A DNA stretch of 64,000 bases from an uncultured Pseudomonadales bacterium (GTDB lineage: Bacteria; Patescibacteriota; Microgenomatia; UBA1400; PJMF01): contig CAZVBO010000001.1 of the NCBI GenBank assembly GCA_964625685.1, positions 153,570 to 217,569 on the forward strand. The letters are read 5' to 3'. The translations under genes were made by a program, and so were the position numbers. Positions 57,300 to 64,000 of this stretch are shown piece by piece (the stretch's first letter is position 1; each line of letters starts with the position of its first letter). The notes beneath the pieces are model-generated. The model was given only the letters and a program-made list of their open reading frames with translations. It ran no database searches and was not told the origin of the DNA.

Positions 57300-58163
57300 T
57301 TAGGTAAATTCAGCTAAACTCGGTTCAATGTTGACTGTTGGCGTCCATTGGTTGATCAAAGTATTAGTTTGAAATTGAGGTAAGTGTTGGTGATACGGTA
57401 CTGATTCTGGATTTTGATAAAAAATTCCTAGCGGAAATTTTTCAGTTTCTAAGGAACGAGTCAAAGCGGCCATTTTATCTTGAGGATTATGATTAACTTC
57501 GGTTAAATCGTAAATTCTTTCGGCAAACCAAGGATGGGTATGATCTTTATTAAAGGTTGGACACAACTGCATAACGTCTACCAAAGCAAAGCCTGAATGG
57601 GTAATAGCAGCTTTCATTAATTGAAGTAATTGTGGAATTTTGGCACTATACCCACGAGAGACAAAACTGGCATTGGCTGCTAGAGCCATATGAATTGGAT
57701 TAAATGGAGTATCAATTACCCCAAACGGAGTGGATTTAGTTTTCGTACCTTCATCGGTAGTAGGTGAACTTTGACCCGTAGTTAAACTGTATCGTTCATT
57801 ATTATGAATAATTAAAGTCAAGTCATGATTCCCCCGAGCTACAGATAAAAAGTGACTTAAGCCTTCACCATACATATCACCGTCACCTGCAATCACAATA
57901 ATTTTCAGATTATGATTGGCTAGCTTAGCTCCCAAAGCACTGGCCAAAGCTCGACCATGAAGTCCATGGAAGCCATAGCAGGTGTTAAAGTCAGCCATAT
58001 TGCCGCTACAACCAATCCCATAAAAGATAACCGTATTCTCAGCTTCCAACTCCAGTTCCGTAATCGCCTTTTGTAAAGTGTTGAGAATTAAAAAATCACC
58101 GCAACCTGGGCACCAGGTTGGAGCAATGGGTGATTTAATAGAAGCGGCAGTAAAACAAGACAT
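57300..58163 (-). CDS. korB: 2-oxoacid:ferredoxin oxidoreductase, beta subunit (TPP-binding)
   Basis: WCPGCGD and the GDG...NN TPP-binding motif. Confidence 0.85.
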   Translation of the reverse strand: MSCFTAASIKSPIAPTWCPGCGDFLILNTLQKAITELELEAENTVIFYGIGCSGNMADFNTCYGFHGLHGRALASALGAKLANHNLKIIVIAGDGDMYGEGLSHFLSVARGNHDLTLIIHNNERYSLTTGQSSPTTDEGTKTKSTPFGVIDTPFNPIHMALAANASFVSRGYSAKIPQLLQLMKAAITHSGFALVDVMQLCPTFNKDHTHPWFAERIYDLTEVNHNPQDKMAALTRSLETEKFPLGIFYQNPESVPYHQHLPQFQTNTLINQWTPTVNIEPSLAEFT

Positions 58164-58166
58164 AGA

Positions 58167-59906
58167 TTATTGAGTTAAATTAGCTAGTAATTCGGTAATA
58201 TCTTCCACATAAAAGGGGCGACCATCATAACGACGAATATGATGATTAAACGTAAGGCCAGTTTCTTGACGAATTAACTTTTCCGCCTGACCTGATCCAT
58301 TTCCTTCTACCATCACCAGCATTTTGGCTTGTTGAGTCAATTTGGTGAAACTTTCAACCGGAAACGGCCATAAGCACGGCAGATGAATTACATTCACACT
58401 GGGTTGTTGACTTGATCTCTCAGTAAGTAACTGAGATAAGACATTGACTGTTGATCCCCAACTGACTAAGGTAATATCCGCAGTTTCTGGGCCTAACACC
58501 ACTGGTTGAGGAAGCTCAGCTTGAATCCCGTCCAGTTTGTGGGCTCGTTTTTCCACTTGATGAATGGTCATAGCAGCATCTTCAGTGGCAAAACCAAACT
58601 GATCATGTTCATATGAGTTGGTCAACTGTAAACCATGCGCTTGTCCGGGAACAGATCTGGGTGAAATTCCATTTTTGGTGAGTTGATAGCGACGGAAAGA
58701 GTCATCTTCAGGCAGCTTGTCCACCATACTTTGGTGAGGTGAATGAGCTTCAACCTTAGGGGTGGTCATGGTTTGATGTGACTCCAAAATAAATTTGTCA
58801 CTCAAAATGAAAACTGGAATTTGATATTTCTCAGCTAAATAAAATGCCTTTTTGGCCAATTCAAAGTGCTCTTCGACTGTTCCGGGGGTTAGGACCACTC
58901 GTTGAATGTCTCCATGACCAGCTGTTAATACGAAACTGAGATCAGCTTGTTCAGTCCAAGTAGGCAGACCAGTGGCGGGGCCTTTACGTTGGGCTTCTAA
59001 AATTACCAGTGGAATCTCCGCAATACTGGCAAAGGAAACTCCTTCAACCATTAGTGCAAATCCGCCGCCGGAGCTACCAGTCATAGCCCGAACTCCAGCA
59101 AAGGAAGCACCCAACGCATTATTAATGGCTGCAATTTCATCTTCGGCGTGTTTGACCACTAAGGGGTAGTTTTTTTGTTGGTCAGCTAAAAAGTGGAGCA
59201 GGCCAGATGCGGGGGTCATGGGATAAGCTGAGTAGAACTGAACCCCTGCTTGAATTGCTCCCAAGCCAATGGCTTCATTTCCCGAAATTAAAATTTTATC
59301 ATCTGCCTGGGTGGGGATCGTCATCAACGGTTTGCCCAACTGTTGAGCTGCTTGAAACCCAGCTTCTAAAGCCTTGAGATCTGCTTCCACAATTTCATCC
59401 TTTTTATCAGCAAACTCATCTCGGACAGCTTGCCGAGCAATCTCCATATCAAAGCCTAAAAAGTAGGCGGTGACCCCTAAGACCACGATATTCATGGCTA
59501 ATAAGTTTCCGGTCACATCTTTCGAAATGGTATAAAAAGGGACCTGCAAAAACTGTCCGTGGGGAATGTCGTATTTGGTAATGTCTACCGGGATCGCGTT
59601 GGTGTTATAGATGATAATGGTTTGATCGGTGGTTTCATCCTTATGTTCTGTTAAACCTTCTGGCCCGAGTGTAATCAGGAGATCTAGATTACGTTTCTGA
59701 CAGAGAGCAGATTGGCTATTGGCAAAAACTTGTCCTGTCTGATGTCCTCCTTTGATGAGAGAGGGGTACTCTAAGTAGTCAAAGGCATTGAGACCATGAC
59801 GTTTACAGATTTTAGCGACCATTTTGGACAGGGCCATCACCCCTTCACCGGCTTTACCGGCGATTTTCCAATTTAAAGAAACGGGAGAGTTAGTAGCTTC
59901 TGTCAT
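58167..59906 (-). CDS. korA: 2-oxoacid:ferredoxin oxidoreductase, alpha subunit with an N-terminal gamma-like domain
   Basis: The N-terminal 180 aa resemble the POR/KOR gamma domain (IAGKAGEGV). They are followed by the alpha-subunit transketolase-like domains. Confidence 0.8.
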   Translation of the reverse strand: MTEATNSPVSLNWKIAGKAGEGVMALSKMVAKICKRHGLNAFDYLEYPSLIKGGHQTGQVFANSQSALCQKRNLDLLITLGPEGLTEHKDETTDQTIIIYNTNAIPVDITKYDIPHGQFLQVPFYTISKDVTGNLLAMNIVVLGVTAYFLGFDMEIARQAVRDEFADKKDEIVEADLKALEAGFQAAQQLGKPLMTIPTQADDKILISGNEAIGLGAIQAGVQFYSAYPMTPASGLLHFLADQQKNYPLVVKHAEDEIAAINNALGASFAGVRAMTGSSGGGFALMVEGVSFASIAEIPLVILEAQRKGPATGLPTWTEQADLSFVLTAGHGDIQRVVLTPGTVEEHFELAKKAFYLAEKYQIPVFILSDKFILESHQTMTTPKVEAHSPHQSMVDKLPEDDSFRRYQLTKNGISPRSVPGQAHGLQLTNSYEHDQFGFATEDAAMTIHQVEKRAHKLDGIQAELPQPVVLGPETADITLVSWGSTVNVLSQLLTERSSQQPSVNVIHLPCLWPFPVESFTKLTQQAKMLVMVEGNGSGQAEKLIRQETGLTFNHHIRRYDGRPFYVEDITELLANLTQ

Positions 59907-60150
59907 GTCACAGGTACTATAGTATATTTTTGGTTGATTGCAAAGCAGAGAAGAAAGTTACTGGTGACTAGATTCATAGGTCGCAACCAACGAGGAACGC
60001 TGCGGAGTGATATCTTTTTGGTGTCGTTCGATCCCCAAAAAGATCACGTCCTTCACTTATTGCTAGGTTAACAATCTCATAACAAGAGTGTTTATCCAAG
60101 AAAATTAATTTTTTTTGAACACTTTCCATTCATTATTTGTTAGTCAGATT

Positions 60151-60230
60151 CGTCATCCTCGCGAAAGCGGGGATCTGGGAAATAAACAGTTTAGTAGTTT
60201 TTACAGATTCCTGCTTTCGCAGGAATGACA
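60151..60230. repeat. MITE-like palindromic element, copy 4 (subfamily A)
   Basis: CGTCATCCTCGCGAAAGCGGGGATCTGGGA...CAGATTCCTGCTTTCGCAGGAATGACA. Confidence 0.75.
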
Positions 60231-60261
60231 TATCAATAATCTTTGAAGTTTCTAGGCAAGA

Positions 60262-60320
60262 CACTAAACGTTAGCCATTTAGATTTTGGAATTTGGACTT
60301 TGAAATTTAGACTTTGAAAT
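60262..60320. repeat. Short AT-rich tandem repeats (GACTTTGAAATTTRG, 3-4 units) in the divergent promoter region
   Basis: GATTTTGGAATTTGGACTTTGAAATTTAGACTTTGAAATTTGGATTTTG. A related inverted arrangement occurs at 31478-31560 and a weaker one at 2186-2215. Confidence 0.5.
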
Positions 60321-60347
60321 TTGGATTTTGCCCACTATACTAGAGGA

Positions 60348-61280
60348 ATGTCTGTAGTTTTGTCGGTTCAGGGTTTGACCAAAATTTACCAGCCGGAAAA
60401 AAAGAGTGATCACCCATTTGTGGCGGTGGATGATGTCAGTTTTGAGTTACATAATGGTGAAATCTTAGGATTTCTAGGTCCAAATGGAGCAGGTAAATCG
60501 ACTACTATCTCGATGTTGCTTGGGGTGACCACACCTACTGCAGGTTCCATTACGTATTTTGGAAAGGACTTTAGTCAACATCGATCAGAAATTTTGCAGC
60601 AGGTGAATTTTGCCAGTACCTATATCAAAATGCCTTGGCGCTTGTCTGTCTTAGAAAATTTACGAGTCTATGCTCGGTTTTACGGGGTCACGGAATCACA
60701 GTTTTTAAGAAGATCAGAAAAGTTTTTGTCGTATTTTGGAGTATGGAATCAGCGTCACAAAACCATGAATAATTTATCGGCAGGTCAAGTAACCCGAGTA
60801 ATGTTGGCCAAAGCCTTTATTCCTCATCCGCGAGTGGTATTACTTGATGAGCCAACTGCATCACTAGATCCAGATATCGCCCATCAAGTTCGTCAATTTG
60901 TCAAAACCCAACAGCAAGAGTTTCACACTAGTATTCTTTATACTTCTCATAATATGGATGAAGTTACTGAATTATGTGAGCGGGTAATTTTCTTAAAGTC
61001 AGGGAAAATTGTAGCAGTAGATACGCCTCAAAATTTAGCAGCCTCAATTTCGACTGCTAAAATGAGACTCCAAGTTAAAGATGGGTTAAAACGAACCGCT
61101 CGGTTTGCCAAAGAACAAGGTTTAGAGGCACAAATCGTCGACCGGGAAATTGAAATTTTACTGGATGAGGATAAAATTGCTGATTTTTTGAGTCAACTGG
61201 CTGCTCACAAAATTACCTACACCCAGATTAGTATTGCGAAACCTACGTTGGAAGATTACTTCCTGAGTATGTCTTTATAA
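60348..61280 (+). CDS. ABC transporter ATP-binding protein (ABC-2 type)
   Basis: GPNGAGKST, LSAGQ and LLDEPTASLD. Confidence 0.85.
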   Translation: MSVVLSVQGLTKIYQPEKKSDHPFVAVDDVSFELHNGEILGFLGPNGAGKSTTISMLLGVTTPTAGSITYFGKDFSQHRSEILQQVNFASTYIKMPWRLSVLENLRVYARFYGVTESQFLRRSEKFLSYFGVWNQRHKTMNNLSAGQVTRVMLAKAFIPHPRVVLLDEPTASLDPDIAHQVRQFVKTQQQEFHTSILYTSHNMDEVTELCERVIFLKSGKIVAVDTPQNLAASISTAKMRLQVKDGLKRTARFAKEQGLEAQIVDREIEILLDEDKIADFLSQLAAHKITYTQISIAKPTLEDYFLSMSL

Positions 61281-61282
61281 CT

Positions 61283-62077
61283 ATGAAATCAATCGTTCAT
61301 AAAAACCACCTGCAAGCTTTTTTCTTGCGTCACTTGTATCCACTGCGACGTGACTTTGATTTGTTAAGTGACATGATTTATTGGCCCATTATTGATACTT
61401 TACTCTGGGGAATTACGGGCCAGTGGCTGGTTGATACATCGGGAAATCAGAGTCTAATTTCGGCCATTTTATTAGGACTGGTGATTTGGAACATTATTTG
61501 GCGAGCCCAATCAGAAGTGTCTCGCAATTTAATTGATGAAATTTGGAATAACAATTTAGTTAATTTATTTTCGACCCCGCTAAGTATTACTGAATGGATT
61601 ATTGGAGTGACTGCTTTGTCTATTTTGAAAACGATGGTGACTTTGGGAGTACTGGCAGTTGCTATTAGTTTGTTGTATCACATTGGAATTTTCCAGTTGA
61701 GTTGGTGGTTTTTACTCTTCTTTATTGGAGCAACTATTACGGGTTGGTGGATAGGTTTTATTTCAGCTGGAGTGGTATTGCGCTATGGACCTAAATATCA
61801 GACCGTAGTATGGACTTTCCCCGGAATTTTAGCGCCCTTTAGTGCCATTTATTTCCCAGTCGATAAATTACCAATGTGGGGACAAATGATCAGTAAAGTA
61901 GTCCCTACCAGTTATATTTTGGAAACTATGCGTTCTGTTTTGTTTCAACAATCAATTTCAAGTTCACTGTTGATAGTCAGTTTTGGTTTAAATTTCTTGT
62001 ACTTGGGTTTGGCTTTATGGTTTTTTGTAAAAAGTTTTGACTACAGTAAAAATCTCGGATTGGGGAGGTTTGATTAA
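61283..62077 (+). CDS. ABC-2 family transporter permease
   Basis: 6 TM helices, translationally coupled to the ATPase. Confidence 0.7.
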   Translation: MKSIVHKNHLQAFFLRHLYPLRRDFDLLSDMIYWPIIDTLLWGITGQWLVDTSGNQSLISAILLGLVIWNIIWRAQSEVSRNLIDEIWNNNLVNLFSTPLSITEWIIGVTALSILKTMVTLGVLAVAISLLYHIGIFQLSWWFLLFFIGATITGWWIGFISAGVVLRYGPKYQTVVWTFPGILAPFSAIYFPVDKLPMWGQMISKVVPTSYILETMRSVLFQQSISSSLLIVSFGLNFLYLGLALWFFVKSFDYSKNLGLGRFD

Positions 62078-62152
62078 TTAAATCAAACTTTTTACTTGAA
62101 TAGGAACTTGAATCTTTATCCAGTATTTGTACAATAAGCGGCATACATACAA

Positions 62153-62303
62153 TATCCTTCAGGGTCGGGTGAAATTCCCAACCGGCGGTAATTCCACAGT
62201 TTTTGGAACAGCCCGCGAGCGCTCTGTAGTTACATACTTCGGAGGTCAAGCAGATCTGGTGAAATGCCAGAGCCGACGGTAAAGTCCGGATGAAAGAAGG
62301 TTC
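62153..62303 (+). promoter_or_regulatory. FMN riboswitch (RFN element) aptamer
   Basis: GGGUGAAAUUCCCAACCGGCGGUA, AGCCCGCGAGC and GCCGACGGUAAAGUCCGGAUGAAAGAAGG closely match the B. subtilis ribD RFN (GGGUGAAAUUCCCGACCGGCGGUAGUAAAGC...AGCCCGUGACC...GCCGACAGUGAAAGUCUGGAUGGGAGAAGG). The P1 helix is CCUUC/GAAGG. Confidence 0.85.
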
Positions 62304-62360
62304 AATAACACTTAGTTGGTAAGTGTTATTGTTGATAGTGAATTCATAATTCACTTTTCT
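62304..62360 (+). terminator. Riboswitch expression platform: a 10-bp hairpin (62304-62330), then an intrinsic terminator GTGAATTCATAATTCAC-TTTTCT (62338-62360)
   Basis: AATAACACTTagttggtAAGTGTTATT, then GTGAATTcatAATTCAC followed by a T run, then RBS GGAG and ATG at 62391. Confidence 0.6.
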
Positions 62361-62390
62361 GAAAATTCCCCCTGAAGAAAATGGAGCAAA

Positions 62391-63281
62391 ATGAAACTCA
62401 AACGTTTGAGTGGAAGTTTAATTGTAATGGCAGCGGCCTTGTGGGCCTTTGATGGGATTTTACGGCGAAGTCTGTATCATTTACCGGCGGTAACGATTGT
62501 ATTTTATGAACATCTAGTCGGCTCAGTATTACTGACTCCAGTAGCTTACTCGCTTTTCAAAAAGGAGAAAATTACTAAAGAGATTTTACAATTGGCTATT
62601 CCGATTGCTTTGTTCGGTGGTTTACTGGGGACACTGTTTATTACGACGGCGTTGATTAAAGTCCAATATATTCCGTTTAGTGTGGTTTTTCTGATTCAAA
62701 AAACTCAGCCTATTTTTGCTATTTTAACGGCTGCTGTTTTGCTGAAGGAAAAAATTACTTCCCGTTTTATTCGTTGGGCTGCTTTAGCCTTAGTCTCTGT
62801 GTTCTTTGTGTCGTTTAAAAATGGCGTAGTCCATTTTGATATTCCTGGGACTATCACTGCGGCTTTATTCTCCTTAGGAGCATCATTTTTCTGGGGGATT
62901 TCGACTACTTTAGGCAAGATGTTGGTAGAGAAAGTCTCTGATACCATGGCCACCACACTCAGGTTCTATCTATCCACAGTCTTGGCATTTATGACAGTGT
63001 TTTTGTTGGGTTCTCAAGCCAGTTTGCTAACGGTGGGTGGGGCTGATATTACCAAGTTAATCATGATTGGTTTTTCAACGGGTTTACTGGCTATGTGGTT
63101 GTACTATAAAGGTTTGAAGAATACACCAGTGAAAGTAGCAACTATTTTGGAATTAACTTTCCCCTTGTTAGCGGTTTTTGTGGATATGTTTTTGTACAAA
63201 ACTTTCCTTGCCCCCAGTCAGTACCTTGCGGCTGCTGTTTTAATGTTTGCGATGTATCAGGTGGGGAAGCAGAATAACTAA
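62391..63281 (+). CDS. EamA/DMT-family transporter under FMN riboswitch control, putative riboflavin importer (RibN/ImpX-like)
   Basis: A 296-aa protein with 10 TM helices and two EamA-like halves. The FMN riboswitch is directly upstream. The family assignment is from topology and the function is inferred from the riboswitch. Confidence 0.65.
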   Translation: MKLKRLSGSLIVMAAALWAFDGILRRSLYHLPAVTIVFYEHLVGSVLLTPVAYSLFKKEKITKEILQLAIPIALFGGLLGTLFITTALIKVQYIPFSVVFLIQKTQPIFAILTAAVLLKEKITSRFIRWAALALVSVFFVSFKNGVVHFDIPGTITAALFSLGASFFWGISTTLGKMLVEKVSDTMATTLRFYLSTVLAFMTVFLLGSQASLLTVGGADITKLIMIGFSTGLLAMWLYYKGLKNTPVKVATILELTFPLLAVFVDMFLYKTFLAPSQYLAAAVLMFAMYQVGKQNN

Positions 63282-63286
63282 TGGTT

Positions 63287-63316
63287 TCCCTCAGAGAGGG
63301 ATCAGCCTCTGGCTGA
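63287..63316. repeat. Double-hairpin mini-element (second copy)
   Basis: TCCCTCAGAGAGGGA-TCAGCCTCTGGCTGA compared with TCCCGCAGAGCGGGA-CCAGCCTCTGGCTGG at 24976-25005. Compensatory changes keep both stems intact. Confidence 0.6.
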
Positions 63317-63350
63317 AATGTTTAGTGTTTATTGGTTAATTGTGTTGCAT

Positions 63351-63385
63351 TGTCATTCCGGCGACGGCCGGAATCCATAATGTTG
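63351..63385. repeat. MITE-like element, left half only (subfamily B)
   Basis: TGTCATTCCGGCGACGGCCGGAATCCATAATG is near-identical to the left arm at 4990-5021. No matching right arm is seen. Confidence 0.55.
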
Positions 63386-63598
63386 GGATTAGTCAAAGTT
63401 TTTTCCCGTAGTATGGTCTCCCGTCTGCCAGGGGGTGGCATTCAGTGATATTTCTTACAATTACGTTTTTCATTGAAATCCCTCTCCCCATCATTATAAA
63501 TACCTCTGTCTTGCTTGCTCAGATAGGTTTGTGTAGGGTGATCAAAAAAGAACTTTTCTGTTGTGAGGACAAGAGAGACAGTGTAAACTTTGGTATAT

Positions 63599-64000
63599 AT
63601 GACGAAACACTGGCTGGAAAAAATATTAGGTATTTTTCTGATTGGTTTTTTACTTTTTTCAAGATTCTTTTTTCTCAATCGGATTCCAGCAACTTTAACT
63701 CATGATGAAATGGTTTATGCCATTCAAGCTCGATCGTTTGCCCTGCAAGGAACAACTTTAGATCAACGCCAACATTTTTGGGATCTCAAACCAGTTCATA
63801 TTATGTATGCGGAATGGCCAGCTCAAGTTATGACTGTAGGGATGTTAGTGAGTCATCACCCCTTACTTTCAGCACATTTAGTGTCGGTTGTGATGGGAGT
63901 CACCTTACCAATTTTATTAGGTTGGTTAACTTGGAATATTTGGCGACGTAAAGATGCGTCACTAGCGGTATTTGCGGTGATGGTTTTTAGTCCACTTTTC
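63599..64000 (+). CDS. GT39/ArnT-like membrane glycosyltransferase, N-terminal part (runs off the window)
   Basis: MTKHWLEKILGIFLIGFLLFSRFFFLNRIPATLTHDEMVYAIQARSFALQG parallels LRLWHLDSLPAVVHRDEASIGYNAYAIAQTG of the 37196 gene. The frame is open to the window end. Confidence 0.6.
   Translation, partial: MTKHWLEKILGIFLIGFLLFSRFFFLNRIPATLTHDEMVYAIQARSFALQGTTLDQRQHFWDLKPVHIMYAEWPAQVMTVGMLVSHHPLLSAHLVSVVMGVTLPILLGWLTWNIWRRKDASLAVFAVMVFSPLF

Noticed and set aside
58167-59906. A separate korC/gamma-subunit gene
   Set aside because: The gamma-like domain is fused to the N-terminus of the alpha subunit. No separate gene is present between korA and the divergent promoter.
60262-60320. Possible CRISPR array (short direct repeats)
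   Set aside because: The units are about 15 nt AT-rich words without unique spacers of regular length. There are no cas genes, and the same words occur in other promoter regions.
62153-62303. Initial impression of a cobalamin riboswitch (GGTGAAATTCC, GCCGACGGT..AGTCCGGATG)
   Set aside because: A segment-by-segment comparison fits the FMN/RFN element far better: GGGUGAAAUUCCCRACCGGCGGUA, AGCCCG.GA and GCCGAC.GU.AAAGUC.GGAUG..AGAAGG. There is no B12-box GCCACTG.
63445-63705. ORF 63445..63705 (+) 86 aa
   Set aside because: It is out of frame with, and overlaps, the well-supported start (ATG 63599) of the GT39-like gene. The translation is hydrophobic low-complexity.

Overview
This is a low-GC bacterial segment with small, tightly packed genes. 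The gene content (SUF-only Fe-S assembly, RNase J, many GT39/GT2/GT4 envelope genes) is compatible with a Patescibacteria/CPR-like or other streamlined Gram-positive-type genome, but I cannot confirm the taxon from sequence alone.

Positions 1-21 kb are housekeeping. They hold a HigB/HigA-like toxin-antitoxin pair, a NUDIX hydrolase, and a complete SUF Fe-S cluster operon (sufC, sufB, a short sufD-like gene, sufS, sufU, plus DUF59/SufT). They also hold a ferredoxin-NADP reductase-like gene with a ferredoxin, a DsbA-like oxidoreductase, RpiB, Rpe, a LOG-family protein, a PfkB kinase, a Lon-like AAA+ ATPase lacking any protease domain, a family-4 uracil-DNA glycosylase, RNase J and FtsK. A tmRNA (ssrA) lies at 21037-21443 and is followed by an AT-rich orphan gene.

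Positions 22-57 kb form an accessory, envelope-oriented region. It contains at least eight glycosyltransferases (GT2, GT4, GT39/ArnT-like, and one processive GT2 with a QxxRW motif) and secreted or surface proteins, including a 723-aa glycine-rich surface protein. It also contains two C39-like peptidases, a polysaccharide deacetylase with a duplicated CBM-like domain, a TspO homologue, an LMW-PTP-like phosphatase and a DUF2726 nuclease-fold protein. A 2-oxoacid:ferredoxin oxidoreductase (KorAB) and an ABC-2 transporter follow. A clear FMN riboswitch (62153-62303) with a terminator-type expression platform sits upstream of an EamA/DMT transporter, which is therefore a likely riboflavin importer.

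Features not explained by ordinary annotation:
- A family of roughly 75-95 bp MITE-like palindromic elements (TGTCAT...ATGACA termini, two internal hairpins with compensatory stem changes) is present in at least 5 copies.
- An 18-bp perfect palindrome (CCTGCCTGCGCAGGCAGG) occurs three times. One copy is in-frame inside sufC and one is inside a MITE copy.
- A tRNA-Gly(GCC) gene appears to be interrupted at the canonical 37/38 position by about 111 nt that contain a complete tRNA-Arg(GCG).
- Degenerate duplicates of tRNA 3' ends lie immediately downstream of tRNA-Val and tRNA-Ser(CGA). A pseudo-tRNA fragment carries an inserted double-hairpin mini-element.
- Five genes are interrupted by single-base frameshifts at short homopolymer or dinucleotide runs. 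This could be sequencing error or genuine decay.

I found no CRISPR array, no rRNA genes and no obvious integrase or transposase gene.
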